This document shows, one piece after another, positions 51,859-61,794 of a DNA stretch of 64,000 nt. A program made the translations under genes and the position numbers. The notes below the pieces were generated by a model. That model searched no databases. It was not told where the DNA came from and was given only the letters and a program-made list of their open reading frames with translations. Every line of letters starts with the position of its first letter. Position 1 is the stretch's first letter. Source of the DNA: Deltaproteobacteria bacterium (lineage in GTDB: Bacteria; Lernaellota; Lernaellaia; JACKCT01); contig JAOSJX010000006.1 of the NCBI GenBank assembly GCA_027493875.1, positions 45,248 to 109,247 on the forward strand, given 5' to 3'.

Positions 51859-53179
51859 TCAGGTGAGGTACGTTACGAGCCGGCGAACATGGCTTCGACA
51901 GAAGTCCTTGGCGTCGAAGGCGCGCAGATCGTCGATTTTCTCGCCGATGCCGATAAACCGGATGGGGACCTTCAGTTCATTGCTGATCCCCACGATGCAT
52001 CCGCCTTTCGCCGTGCCGTCGAGCTTCGTCATGATGATGCCCGAAAGGTCGATCGCTTCGTTGAAGGTCTTGGCTTGCTGAATCGCGTTCTGGCCCGTCG
52101 TCGCGTCGAGCACGAGCACGGTCTCGTGCGGCGCCTCTGGAACGATCTTCGCCATCACACGTTTCGTCTTCTTGAGCTCTTCCATCAGGTTCGACTTGGT
52201 GTGCAGCCGTCCCGCCGTATCCACGAGCACGACGTCCGCGCCGCGCGATTTCGCCGCCTGCACCGCGTCGTAGGCCACGGCGGACGGATCGGCCCCGGCG
52301 TCCTGTTTGATGATCTCGCAGCCGACGCGCCCGGCCCACACCTCGAGCTGCTCGATGGCGGCGGCGCGGAATGTATCGCCCGCGGCGAGCAGAACTTTTT
52401 TTTCCGTCCGCGGCGTACTTCGCGGCGATCTTGCCGATCGTCGTCGTCTTGCCGACGCCGTTAACACCGACGACCATAATGACGAACGGCTTGGCGCCGC
52501 TGACTTCCAGCGGGATCGCCTCGGTCTGCAGGATGCCGCCGATGAGTTCCTTGAGCACGTCGCGCAGACCGGCCGGGTCCTCGATGCCGCGCTCCGATAC
52601 GATCTCTCGCGCCTGGTCGAGAAGATCGGTCGCCGTTTGCACGCCGATGTCCGCGGTGATGAGCGCCTCTTCGAGATCGTCGTAGAGATCCTGATCGATC
52701 GCCGAACGGCCGGTGAGAATTTGATCGATCTTCCCGACGAGTCCCGCGCTCGTTTTGGCAAGCCCCGCCTTGAGCCGTCCAAACCAGGAAACCTTGGGTT
52801 CCGGCGCGGGAGCCGGCTCGGGTTCCGGCTCGGGTTCGGGCTCAGGGGCGGCTTCGGGTTCCTCCGCCTCGGCTTCGAGCATCGCCTCGATATCGGCGTC
52901 CGCGAGCGCTTCACCGTCTTCTTCAGGTTCTTCTTCGGACTCCGCGGTGACCGCCTCTTCACGCGCGGAGAGCTTTTCCACAAGCTCCCGGGTTTTACGC
53001 CGGCGCGACAGAAGCAACAACATCCACAACAAGAGCAACAGCGCCACCAACAAAAGCGGCACGCTCTTCGTCGCCAATGGCAAGCCGGTGCTTTCCAGCA
53101 ACAAATTGAGATTGTGGTGAGCCGGACCCCAGTATTTGTCCAAAAGCTCGCCGATCACCGGAATGTCGGACCAAAACAT
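51859..53179 (-). CDS. ftsY: signal recognition particle receptor FtsY; apparent frameshift at t8/a8 run ~52394-52402
   Basis: Membrane-anchored acidic A domain, then the NG domain [23 protein letters not shown] (G1) continuing as [17 protein letters not shown]…LDTAGRLH…[13 protein letters not shown]. Confidence 0.85.
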
Positions 53180-53221
53180 GCGCGCGTCCTTGGCCTGCAG
53201 GGCCGATAAGCGCCTGAGTAC

Positions 53222-53929
53222 CTACATGAAATATGATCTACCGACAAGGCCGGCGGGCAACGGGGGATCGGAGATTAACCGTCGTTCTCGCCGGGTCTCG
53301 TCGCGAGCCCCGCCGAGACGGGACGGCGGAGACGCCCCCGGCTCCTCATCCATGCGTTCGATTTTTGCGAGCCAGGCGCGGGCGCCGCTGTCGTATAAGA
53401 CGTTATCGAACAAGGCGGTTTCGATTGAATGGACGCGCCATCCCTTTTGAAACGTGCCCTTGATCTCGGTTTGCGTGACGCGACGCGGTCCGTCGGGCCG
53501 GGTTTCGTGCTCGGAAAAGCAGAGAAGGAAATAACTCCCGCCCGGTTCGAGTTTTTCGGCCAACATTTTTTCGAACAGCGGCCTTTCCTCGTCACTGAAC
53601 ACGTGGAACAACCCACTGTCGATAACCGTTTGGAACCGGGCACCGTCAAGGTCCGGCGACAACGCGTCGGTGTTGAGGAACCGGACGCTGATTCCTTTAT
53701 TTTCGGCTTTGGCGCGGGCACGCTCGATGGCCGTGGGCGCGGCGTCGATGGCGGTCACGTCAAATCCACGGCGCGCGAGTTCGATGGCGTTGTCGCCCGT
53801 GCCGCAGCCGACATCCAGGACGGTCCCGACGATCTCGCCGTCATCCGCCAGACGCACGAAAACCGGCTGCGGGCGGCCGATATCCCACGGCACCGGTCCG
53901 GCGCGGTAAAACTCTTCAAATCGGGTCAC
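53222..53929 (-). CDS. class I SAM-dependent methyltransferase
   Basis: VLDVGCGTGDNAIELARRG glycine-rich SAM motif; acidic post-I motif DVTAID. Confidence 0.7.
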   Translation of the reverse strand: MTRFEEFYRAGPVPWDIGRPQPVFVRLADDGEIVGTVLDVGCGTGDNAIELARRGFDVTAIDAAPTAIERARAKAENKGISVRFLNTDALSPDLDGARFQTVIDSGLFHVFSDEERPLFEKMLAEKLEPGGSYFLLCFSEHETRPDGPRRVTQTEIKGTFQKGWRVHSIETALFDNVLYDSGARAWLAKIERMDEEPGASPPSRLGGARDETRRERRLISDPPLPAGLVGRSYFM

Positions 53930-54022
53930 GGCGCGTTCTCCCAGAAAAAAGCGGCTCCTATGATTCCGGGCCTAACCGGAACCGCCAAACTACGATATTC
54001 TTAACGTGGGAAGGGTAGCACG

Positions 54023-55812
54023 ATGAAGTATTATTTTGTTTTCCTCCTCGCGCTTTTTGCGTTTATTCCCGTTTTGTCGTGCGGCTGCGGCGGCGACGAT
54101 GACGACGACGATAACGACTCGGCCGGCGACGACGACACCGATGACGACGTCGACGATGATACGGATGACGACATCGACGACGACACCGATGACGACATCG
54201 ACGATGATACGGATGACGATACCGACGATGACACCGACGACGACACGGGCGACGACGACGCGGCGCCCGACCGGCTCGTCTTCGTTCCGGCGACCGTTGA
54301 CGACTCCGGAAAAAAAGTCGGCGTTCTTCTAACCATCGATACGACGGGCGACGAAAACGAGGCCGTCGTTTCTCTCGTGGAGATGCCGTCCGGTACGCTC
54401 CTCCGGTCGAGCGACCCGGTTTCGCTGGGGGCGTTCGGCGCCGCGAATTGTCTGGTGGAGGATTTTACGGGCGACGGCGTCGCGGAGATCGTTTGCGGCT
54501 TCATCTCGATGGACAGCCCCACCGACCCCTCGACGGAGGTGGTGATTCTCGATCCGGACACGTTGGGAACGGACCTCGTCGTCGATACGTACGACGCGGC
54601 GCAGGCGCTGCTCGGCGGCAACATCGACGTGAACGGCGACGGCGTTCCCGGAACTCGTCGTCTGGACGATTCCCACGGGCACGGACGGCGCGCACATCGG
54701 CGCGTTCGACGGCACGCTCGCCTATACCGACCTGCTCGATTACACCGCGGCCGAGGGGCGCAACGCGCGCGTGCACGCGCTGCCGTACCGCTCCGGCTGG
54801 TCGCGCCCCGCGGATTTTTCCGGCGCGAAAGCGAACGAGGTGATCGTCGCGGAGTACGACCGCGAGGGCGACGATCCGGTGGTCGAAATATTTTCCGTGA
54901 ACCCGTCGGGCGCCGTCACGAGTTCGCTCGGTCCCTATACGCTGGCGACGGCCGCGGCTTATCATTTGACGACCGCGGATTTGAACGGCGACGGCGACGG
55001 CGAACTCGCGCTGGCGCTGCAACTGGACGCGTCGACGGTCGTCTACCTGTTCGATACGTTCGGCGACGTGGTCGGCACGTACACCTACCCCGCCGGGGTC
55101 TCCGCGCGCGTGGCGATGAATCTGAATCTCGACGGCGACGGCCAAAACGATCTGGCGATCACGCTGCGCGGCTCGAGCGACGAACGCGCGATCGATCTCT
55201 ACTCCTCGACCGGCGCCTATCTGGACGGCGTGCGTTTCGGGCCGGAGGGCGACCAGATCCGGTTGCTCGCGTCGTCCGTTTCGCCCGGCGTGGCGGCCCC
55301 GGCGTCGACGGGCGGCGACGCACTGTTCGGCGTGATGGTGGAGGAATTCGACACGGGCGGCCCTGCGCGCATCGATTTTTTTCACCGATCCGTCGGACGC
55401 GACGCCGATCACGCTCGACGATCTCACCGTGTCGTCGGAGCACATCTATCTGGGGGCGTCTTTGCGCGATTACACGGGCGACGGCGTGGCCGAAGTGATC
55501 GCGGTGACGATGGGTTACGCGATTTCCGCGGCGGAGATCGTTTACCAGCGCCGGGTGCAGGTGTTCGGCGGCGCGGACGTGGAACTCGGCTACGACTCCG
55601 GCGCGGTGCCGGGATCGATTTCGCTGGCGAGCCCGTGGGACACGGACGCGGACGGCGTGCCGGAGTTTCAGCTCACGCACTACGGATCGTCGGCCGCCGA
55701 CGTGCCGTGGATTCGTTTTTACAACGGCGTGGACTCGTGGAGCGTGGCGCGGGTGACGCTGGTCGGCGACATCGCCGGGTCGGATATTTTTCTGTACGGG
55801 CTGCCGCGTTAA
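54023..55812 (+). CDS. lipoprotein with a Cys-Gly-Cys-Gly-Gly plus long poly-Asp N-terminus and FG-GAP/VCBS-like (DxDGDG) beta-propeller repeats; two apparent frameshifts
   Basis: MKYYFVFLLALFAFIPVLSCGCGGDDDDDDND…(DDDTDDDI)n. Repeats FTGDGVAEIV, NVNGDGVP, LNGDGDGELA, LDGDGQNDLA, YTGDGVAEVI. The frame changes occur near 54650 and at the t7 run 55371-55377. Confidence 0.65.
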
Positions 55813-57557
55813 TTAAACGAACAGCGTCCACTCCAGCGCGACGAGGCCGGCGGCGAGGAAGTGCGTGTCGACGAGGAAGTCCCGGCGCACGACGCTGACG
55901 CGGTCGAACGAAAATCCCCGATAGTGGAAGAAGATCGTTTCCGCGAGGACGACAAGGCCGAGAATCCACGCGAAAGGCGGAAAAATGCCGACGCCCGCGA
56001 CGGCGATGAGCAGCACGCCGAGCGCGGCGCACCCGTAGAGCAACGCCTGCTTGGTTTTTTTCTCGCCGAACACCAGCGGGATCGTTTCGCGGCCGACGAG
56101 CCGGTCGGCGTTCATATCCGTCAGGTCCACGACGACCGAGCGAATGCCGGTGACGAGGAAGAGGAAGAAGAACGTGAGCAGCGTCTGGCCGAGGCCCGCG
56201 TTTTCCGTCAGGAAGAACAGCGGGAACACGGAGACGACCGCCCACGCGGAGGCGACGAAGAAGTTTTTACTGGCCGCGATGTCCTTGAGGCGGCGGAACC
56301 CGACGTATTTCGTCACGCGTTTCGGCACGATCTTCACCGAATAGAGAATGCCGAGAATGCTGGCGGCGAGCACGAGCAGGAAGGGCAGCACACCCATATA
56401 GAAGCCGACGGCCACCGCGGCGAGGGCGCTGCCCACGCCGAGCGCCTGCATGAAGCGCTTGTTCTTTTCGTAAAAACGCGCGCGGACCGGATCGTCGCGG
56501 AAGCGGTCGAGATTGCGTTCGGTGAATCGGTTGAGGACGTGCATGGCGAGCACGTAACAAAAGACCAGCGCGAAGGAGGAGAGGCGGAACGGAATGCCCT
56601 GCAGCAGCGCGGCGACGTAACAGAGCACGCCCGCGGCGATGCTGGTGTACGCGCTCGTGACGACGAGCGCTTCGAGCACGCGCTTGGCCTTGGAGAGCAC
56701 GGGCGCGCGGCTTTGGTCTTCCAGCGTTTTCAGATACGCCATGACGCGGTCGATGCTCCACGAGGGCGTGCTCGCGCCCGCGGTGACGCCGACCCGGCTG
56801 TACGGCGTGAAATCCACGCCCGCGAGTTCGTCTTCGGTTTCGATGTGCCACGTGGGGAGGCGGAATTCCTCGGAGGCGATTTGCGCGAGGCGCGTCGTGT
56901 TCCCGAGTTCTTGCCGCCGATGACGACCATGGCGTCGACCGAGCGGCAGAGTTCGAGAATTTCGTCCTGGCGTTCGACGGTGGCGTCGCACATGGTGTCC
57001 TTGACGACGACGCTCGGGAAGCGCTCGCGCGCCTCCTTCATGATGCGTTGCCACTCGGCGACGTTGGTGGTGGTCTGCGTGATGAGCAGGACGTTGCGGT
57101 CCGCGGGGATTTTGTCGAGCTCGTGCGCGCCTTCGATGATGCGCACGTTGTCGGCGCCGGCGAAACCGATGAGGCCGATGACCTCGGCGTGGCGCGGCTC
57201 GCCGTAAATCACCACGAAATGCCCTTTTTTGACGTAGGTCTGCACCACCTTCTGCGACCGCTTCACGATCGGGCAGGTGTTGTCGAGGATGGCGTCGGAC
57301 CGGCGTTCGAGTTCGGCGTAATCCGCGGGGGAGACGCCGTGCGACCGGATGATCGCCAGACCGCCGTCGATCTCTTGGATGGCGCCCGCGTTGTGGATTT
57401 CACGATGGCGCAGCAGATCGACGACCTGCGGATTGTGCACCAGCGGGCCGAGGGTCGTGACTTTTTGGTATTGGGAGGCCTCGACTTCGAGGGTTTTGTT
57501 GAGCGCCAGACGCACGCCCCAGCAAAACCCCGCCGTTTTGGCCAGAATAAATTCCAT
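55813..57557 (-). CDS. ispH: 4-hydroxy-3-methylbut-2-enyl diphosphate reductase (IspH/LytB) fused in-frame to a C-terminal UbiA-superfamily membrane prenyltransferase domain; apparent frameshift near 56900
   Basis: IspH MEFILAKTAGFCWGV…PLVHNPQVV…VVIGGKNS continues, after a g-run, as NTTRLAQIASE…IDRVMAYLKTLEDQ. It then runs without a stop into a ~290-aa polytopic domain with UbiA-like Asp-rich motifs (NRFTERNLDRFRDD, VVDLTDMNADRL). Confidence 0.65.
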
Positions 57558-57616
57558 GCTCGCTACCGCTCCATAATACGGGGCGAAAAAAGTCCGTCCT
57601 GGCTTTTTCGCCACCG

Positions 57617-57646
57617 GAAAACAAAAAGCGCGGTTTTTGTTTTCCT
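57617..57646. promoter_or_regulatory. perfect 12-bp-arm palindrome ggaaaacaaaaa-gcgcgg-tttttgttttcc between the lgt 3' end and the ispH-ubiA start
   Basis: 12/12 inverted repeat with a 6-nt spacer; AT-rich in a GC-rich genome. Confidence 0.4.
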
Positions 57647-57715
57647 CCATCCGCCTTCGCTCGGGAGGCATCGGCGGATGCCGCGTCATCCATGACGCGC
57701 GGGGCGTCTCAAAAG

Positions 57716-58537
57716 CTAAACGCGGGCCGCAAAAACCCCTGCGGGCTTCAACTTCCCCGCCGATACTAGCTTTTTTCGGCTTCCGGCGTATATGAAGCAG
57801 ATCACACAGCCGGCGAGCATGGCAATGCTTATCCACTGGCTGGTGGACAGGAAGCCGAAACGGCCGCGGGAGGCGTCACCACGCATGAATTCCAGCAAAA
57901 AGCGCCCGACGCCGTAAATACCTAATTGCAGGCCGAAAATTTCGCCATAGGCCCGTTCTTTCTTCTTGGCGCGGTAGGCCATCAGAATGCCGAACATCAG
58001 GAGCCCCAAAAGAGCCTCGTAAAGCTGCGACGGGTGGAGGGCCAAGCCGCCGTAGGCCTTGTCCGGCCGCGAACCCTCGGGAAAGATGACCCCCCAGGGC
58101 AGGTCGGTGGGCGCGCCGTAGCAGCAGCCCGCCATGAAGCAGGCGCCCGAACGGTGAATGGCGAGCCCCAGGCCGAAGTAGGTGCTGGCGATATCCTGAA
58201 ACGGCAGATAGGGGTGGCGCTTGAATTTGGTGTAACCGACCGCGCCGGCGACCGCGCCGATGAAGCCGCCGTAGAGCACGATGCCGCGCTTGCGATTGAA
58301 GATGCGGACGGGATCGGCCCAGTACCAGTCGAAATTGACGATCACGTCGAGCAGGCGCGAGCCGACGATGACGCCGACCAGCGACGCGATGAGCGCGCCC
58401 ATCATCAACTCTTCGTTGAAGCCTTCTTTCTTTGCGCGCCGCACGCACAGGATCACGCCCATCAGGATCGTGAGCGGATACACCACCTGATAAAAATGGA
58501 TGTCCTTGCCGGCGACGGTCACTAGAATGGGATGCAA
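57716..58537 (-). CDS. lgt: prolipoprotein diacylglyceryl transferase
   Basis: Lgt signature LHPSQLYEALLGL, conserved YGxxxxxG and H…S residues; TTG start with a GGGAGGG SD. Confidence 0.85.
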   Translation of the reverse strand: MHPILVTVAGKDIHFYQVVYPLTILMGVILCVRRAKKEGFNEELMMGALIASLVGVIVGSRLLDVIVNFDWYWADPVRIFNRKRGIVLYGGFIGAVAGAVGYTKFKRHPYLPFQDIASTYFGLGLAIHRSGACFMAGCCYGAPTDLPWGVIFPEGSRPDKAYGGLALHPSQLYEALLGLLMFGILMAYRAKKKERAYGEIFGLQLGIYGVGRFLLEFMRGDASRGRFGFLSTSQWISIAMLAGCVICFIYAGSRKKLVSAGKLKPAGVFAARV

Positions 58538-58754
58538 TTCAGCCCTCCCCCGTTTTGTCGGCGCGTAGTCTAGCGGCGCTTTCCAACATGGTCAAAGCGG
58601 CGACGTTAAGAAACGGGATACCGGCGGGAAGTTAATACAGCCGGCGAATGAAAATACGGAACCGCGTATGCGGCCCCGTCCCACCCACGGGGCGCACGGC
58701 CCGACCGCGCGCATCGAACATGATCGCAAGCGTAAATTCAACGCCGCGCGGGTG

Positions 58755-58780
58755 TCAACCGCAAGTATTTGAAATTTTAG
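58755..58780. promoter_or_regulatory. conserved 26-nt motif tcaaccgcaagtatttgWWattttag, copy 1 (upstream of lgt)
   Basis: Near-identical to 59449-59475; contains a TTGAC(A/G) -35-like box when read on the minus strand. Confidence 0.35.
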
Positions 58781-58805
58781 CTAATTATTGGTTTTCGCAA
58801 TCGGT

Positions 58806-59396
58806 TCACGCGCCGGACGCCTCACCTTCGACGAGCACGCCGATCCGCACGTACCACATCACGTGATAGGAATCGGCGTCCGTGCATTCGACGCAGTAGT
58901 TGAACTCCTCGTCGCGATGCGCGAGGTAGTAGTTGATCAACTCCTCCGCGTTCGCGTCGACCTCGATCGGCGTCCAGCTCATCGAACCCTTCACCACGTC
59001 CTGCTCGACGATGAGCGCGCTGCCGGCGTCGCCCCAGAGCGTCATGGCGCAGGAAACCGATCCGACCTCGACCGGTTCCCACATCGCGTCGGCGTATTTG
59101 GCTTCGACGTATTCGAGCGTGATCGAATCGATGTCCGCGCCTTCGGTATCCACGTCATTGCGCTCCAATTCTTCGTTGACCGACGTAATGCCGCAATCCA
59201 TGTCCAGCGGCTGGAGCTTGGCGGCGGTCTGCTCCGCCTCGATCGGTTCGAGCTCGAGCTCGGCGTCTTTTTCAAAACTCGTATCCACGTTCTTCATCGC
59301 TTCGTCCTTGGCTTCGTCCTCCAGATCACAGGAAGCGGCCACGAATCCGAAGCAAAGCACCACGCCAATCCAGAGAAACACGTATCTCGCCTTCAT
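58806..59396 (-). CDS. hypothetical acidic lipoprotein
   Basis: MKARYVFLWIGVVLCFGFVAASC lipobox with GGAGG 7 nt upstream; divergent from the RiPP precursor gene. Confidence 0.5.
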   Translation of the reverse strand: MKARYVFLWIGVVLCFGFVAASCDLEDEAKDEAMKNVDTSFEKDAELELEPIEAEQTAAKLQPLDMDCGITSVNEELERNDVDTEGADIDSITLEYVEAKYADAMWEPVEVGSVSCAMTLWGDAGSALIVEQDVVKGSMSWTPIEVDANAEELINYYLAHRDEEFNYCVECTDADSYHVMWYVRIGVLVEGEASGA

Positions 59397-59448
59397 CGGA
59401 ACCTCCATTTTGGAAAACGTCCCAGGGTAGGTTTCGACGCGAAGGTTC

Positions 59449-59475
59449 GTCAACCGCAAGTATTTGTTATTTTAG
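59449..59475. promoter_or_regulatory. conserved 26-nt motif, copy 2, in the divergent region between the lipoprotein gene and the RiPP precursor gene
   Basis: Matches 58755-58780 at 24 of 26 positions. Confidence 0.35.
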
Positions 59476-59666
59476 AGGTATTTCCGATATCTCTCCTTTT
59501 TGGGTTGAAGACGCGCGCGAGATGTCCGCGCGCATGATTTTCATCATAACGCCATACGGTTCGATGCGATTTGATGCGGGCTTCACGTTCAGGAGGAAAC
59601 ACGGAAGACGGCCCTGCCGTATTCCAAAGCGTTACTCACGCATTCATTACGCAAGGAGCACCGATC

Positions 59667-60035
59667 ATGAAGAAGAGCAGCCTGATTCTCGGACTTGGTT
59701 CCGCGGCCTTCCTTTTGGGAACGCCGATCGCGCACGCGGCGACGGACGCGGACGCGCTCGTGAAGGACGCGGTGAAATCGTCCAAATCGTCCGATGCGTC
59801 CGGCGTCATGCTGGCGTTTCTGTCGGATGATGACACGGGCGGCGAAGGAAGCTGCGGCGGCGAGGGCAAATGCGGCGAAGGGAGCTGCGGCGGCGACAAA
59901 GACAAGGACAAAGACAAGGACAAGGACAAGGACAAGGATAAGGATAAGGACAAAGACAAGGGTAAGGACGAAGGCGGCGAGAAGGACAAGGGCGAAGGCA
60001 AGTGCGGCGAGGGAAGCTGCGGCGGCAAGAAGTAA
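59667..60035 (+). CDS. secreted HvfA-like RiPP precursor (EGKCG/EGSCG cysteine motifs) with a (DK)9 spacer
   Basis: AAGGAG SD; Sec signal MKKSSLILGLGSAAFLLGTPIAHA; core GGEGSCGGEGKCGEGSCGGDKDKDKDKDKDKDKDKDKDKGKDEGGEKDKGEGKCGEGSCGGKK (5 Cys, all in EGxCG). An MNIO gene lies immediately downstream. Confidence 0.75.
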   Translation: MKKSSLILGLGSAAFLLGTPIAHAATDADALVKDAVKSSKSSDASGVMLAFLSDDDTGGEGSCGGEGKCGEGSCGGDKDKDKDKDKDKDKDKDKDKDKGKDEGGEKDKGEGKCGEGSCGGKK

Positions 60036-60043
60036 TCGCGACG

Positions 60044-60077
60044 CCGGCGCGGGGGCGCGCGCCCCGCGCCGGTTTTT
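60044..60077 (+). terminator. GC-rich hairpin plus T5 (attenuator/terminator) between the precursor and the modifying-enzyme genes
   Basis: ccggcgcgggg / ccccgcgccgg 11-bp stem (60044-60054 / 60062-60072), 7-nt loop, then ttttt 60073-60077. Confidence 0.5.
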
Positions 60078-60107
60078 CCGCGGTGCGGCGACGATCGGGG
60101 AGATTTC

Positions 60108-60959
60108 GTGAATCCATCCGTTAATACAAAAAAAGTGGAAGGTTTCGGCCTTGGATTTCGGTTCGGCCTGGCGGACCAGATGCTCGGCGCGGAACGGTCG
60201 GCGGCGGATTTTGTGGAAATCGCGCCGGAGAATTACATCGGCGTCGGCGGGCGGCGCGCGCGGCTGATCGACGCCGTGCGAGAGCGGTGGCCGATCGTGA
60301 GCCACGGCTTATGCGGCGATTTCGCCGGCGGCATGCCTTTCGACCTCGATTACATGCGCGACCTGCGCACGTTTCTCAAACGCATCGGCGCTCAGTGGTA
60401 CAGCGACCACCTGTGTTTCACGAATTTGCGCGGCGCGGAGATGCACGAGCTCGTCGCGCTGCCGTTTACGGACGAGGCGGTGAAACGGGCGGCGGCGCGT
60501 ATCCGCGACGTTCAGGATTTTCTGGGCATGCCGGTGGCGGTGGAAAACGTCTCGGCTTACGGCGAGATGCCCGGCGCGGAAATGACCGAGGCCGATTTCG
60601 TCGCCGAGGTCGTGCGCGAAAGCGGCGGCCATCTGCTGCTCGACGTGAACAACGTGTACGTCAATTCCGTCAATTTCAAATTCGATCCGCGCGCGTACAT
60701 CGACCGGTTGCCGCTCGACCGCGTGCTCGAAGTGCACGTGGCGGGATACTTTCAGGAAGCGCCGGACCTCCTGCTCGACACGCACGCCATGCCGATTTCC
60801 GATCCCGTTTACGACCTGTTCGCCTACGCGATGGCCAAGCTTCCGCACCGCCCACCGGTCCTGCTCGAACGCGACGGCAATTTCCCGCCGCTCGCGGAAC
60901 TGGAGAGCGAGTTGGCCCGGCTCGACAACATCGCGGAGAAGGTTCATGCCGCCGCTTGA
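60108..60959 (+). CDS. MNIO (multinuclear non-heme iron-dependent oxidative enzyme, DUF692 / MbnB-HvfB-like)
   Basis: N-terminal GLGFRFGLADQML…DFVEIAPENY, the DUF692 hallmark; TIM-barrel-sized (283 aa). Confidence 0.75.
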   Translation: MNPSVNTKKVEGFGLGFRFGLADQMLGAERSAADFVEIAPENYIGVGGRRARLIDAVRERWPIVSHGLCGDFAGGMPFDLDYMRDLRTFLKRIGAQWYSDHLCFTNLRGAEMHELVALPFTDEAVKRAAARIRDVQDFLGMPVAVENVSAYGEMPGAEMTEADFVAEVVRESGGHLLLDVNNVYVNSVNFKFDPRAYIDRLPLDRVLEVHVAGYFQEAPDLLLDTHAMPISDPVYDLFAYAMAKLPHRPPVLLERDGNFPPLAELESELARLDNIAEKVHAAA

Positions 60960-61758
60960 GCAACTCGAAACGAACCTTCGCGGCCTGGTGTTCGACCGCG
61001 AACCCGCGCCCGTTCCCGGTCTGGACGAGCGCGGGCGGCGCGCGTACCGCCGGCAGGTGCGCCGGAGTTTGATGAGCGGCGTGCGCCTGGCGATTCCGAT
61101 CGCGCGGCGCGTGCTCGGCGAGGACGCGGTGAACGACTGGATCGAAAGGTGGCTCGCGGAACGCCCGCCGACGACGCGCGCGTACTGGCGGCTGCCGCTG
61201 CAATTCGCGGAATGGCTGAGCGCGCGCGACGACACCCCCCACCCCGCGTTCGGCGAACTCGTCCACTGGGAAAGTCTGGAAGTGGACGTGCTCAACGCGC
61301 CGGACGACGCGTCCGAGCATCCGGCGCCGGACCCAACGGAGGACCGGCGTCTCGTGCTTCATCCCAGCGCGCGGCTCGGCATCTACAATCATCCGGTCCA
61401 CAAAATGACGCTCGATGACGCCATCTGGCCGGAGCGCGCGCCGGCGCCGATTTTCGTGCTGGCGTGGCGTAAAGACGACGGCCTGCGTTGGATGGAAACG
61501 CACCCGCAAACGGCGCAGCTTCTCGCCCGCGCGGAAGGCGGCGGCACGCTCGGCGCGGGATTCGCTTTTCTCGACACGCTTTACGGTACGGTGGACCGCG
61601 CCGGGGCTTTCCGCGGCGCTGGCGCGCCTTCGCGATCTCGGCGTGATTTCCGGCTTTTCGCCGCGCTGACGCGTTTCTTCCCTCAGGATTTTTCGTTTTC
61701 GTTCCGATCACACGATCGGCGGCGGCTTTACACGTTCCGGGGCCCGTGCTTAGAATAA
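60946..61758 (+). CDS. DUF2063 family MNIO partner protein (MbnC/HvfC-like)
   Basis: Overlaps the MNIO stop by 14 nt. N-terminal region (LRGLVFDREPAPVP…ERGRRAYRRQVRRSLMSGVRLAIPIARRVLGED) fits the DUF2063 N-terminal helical domain. Confidence 0.6.
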   Translation: MPPLEQLETNLRGLVFDREPAPVPGLDERGRRAYRRQVRRSLMSGVRLAIPIARRVLGEDAVNDWIERWLAERPPTTRAYWRLPLQFAEWLSARDDTPHPAFGELVHWESLEVDVLNAPDDASEHPAPDPTEDRRLVLHPSARLGIYNHPVHKMTLDDAIWPERAPAPIFVLAWRKDDGLRWMETHPQTAQLLARAEGGGTLGAGFAFLDTLYGTVDRAGAFRGAGAPSRSRRDFRLFAALTRFFPQDFSFSFRSHDRRRLYTFRGPCLE

Positions 61759-61794
61759 GCGCCTTCCTGGGGGCATCGCTCGTCATCGGTCGCG

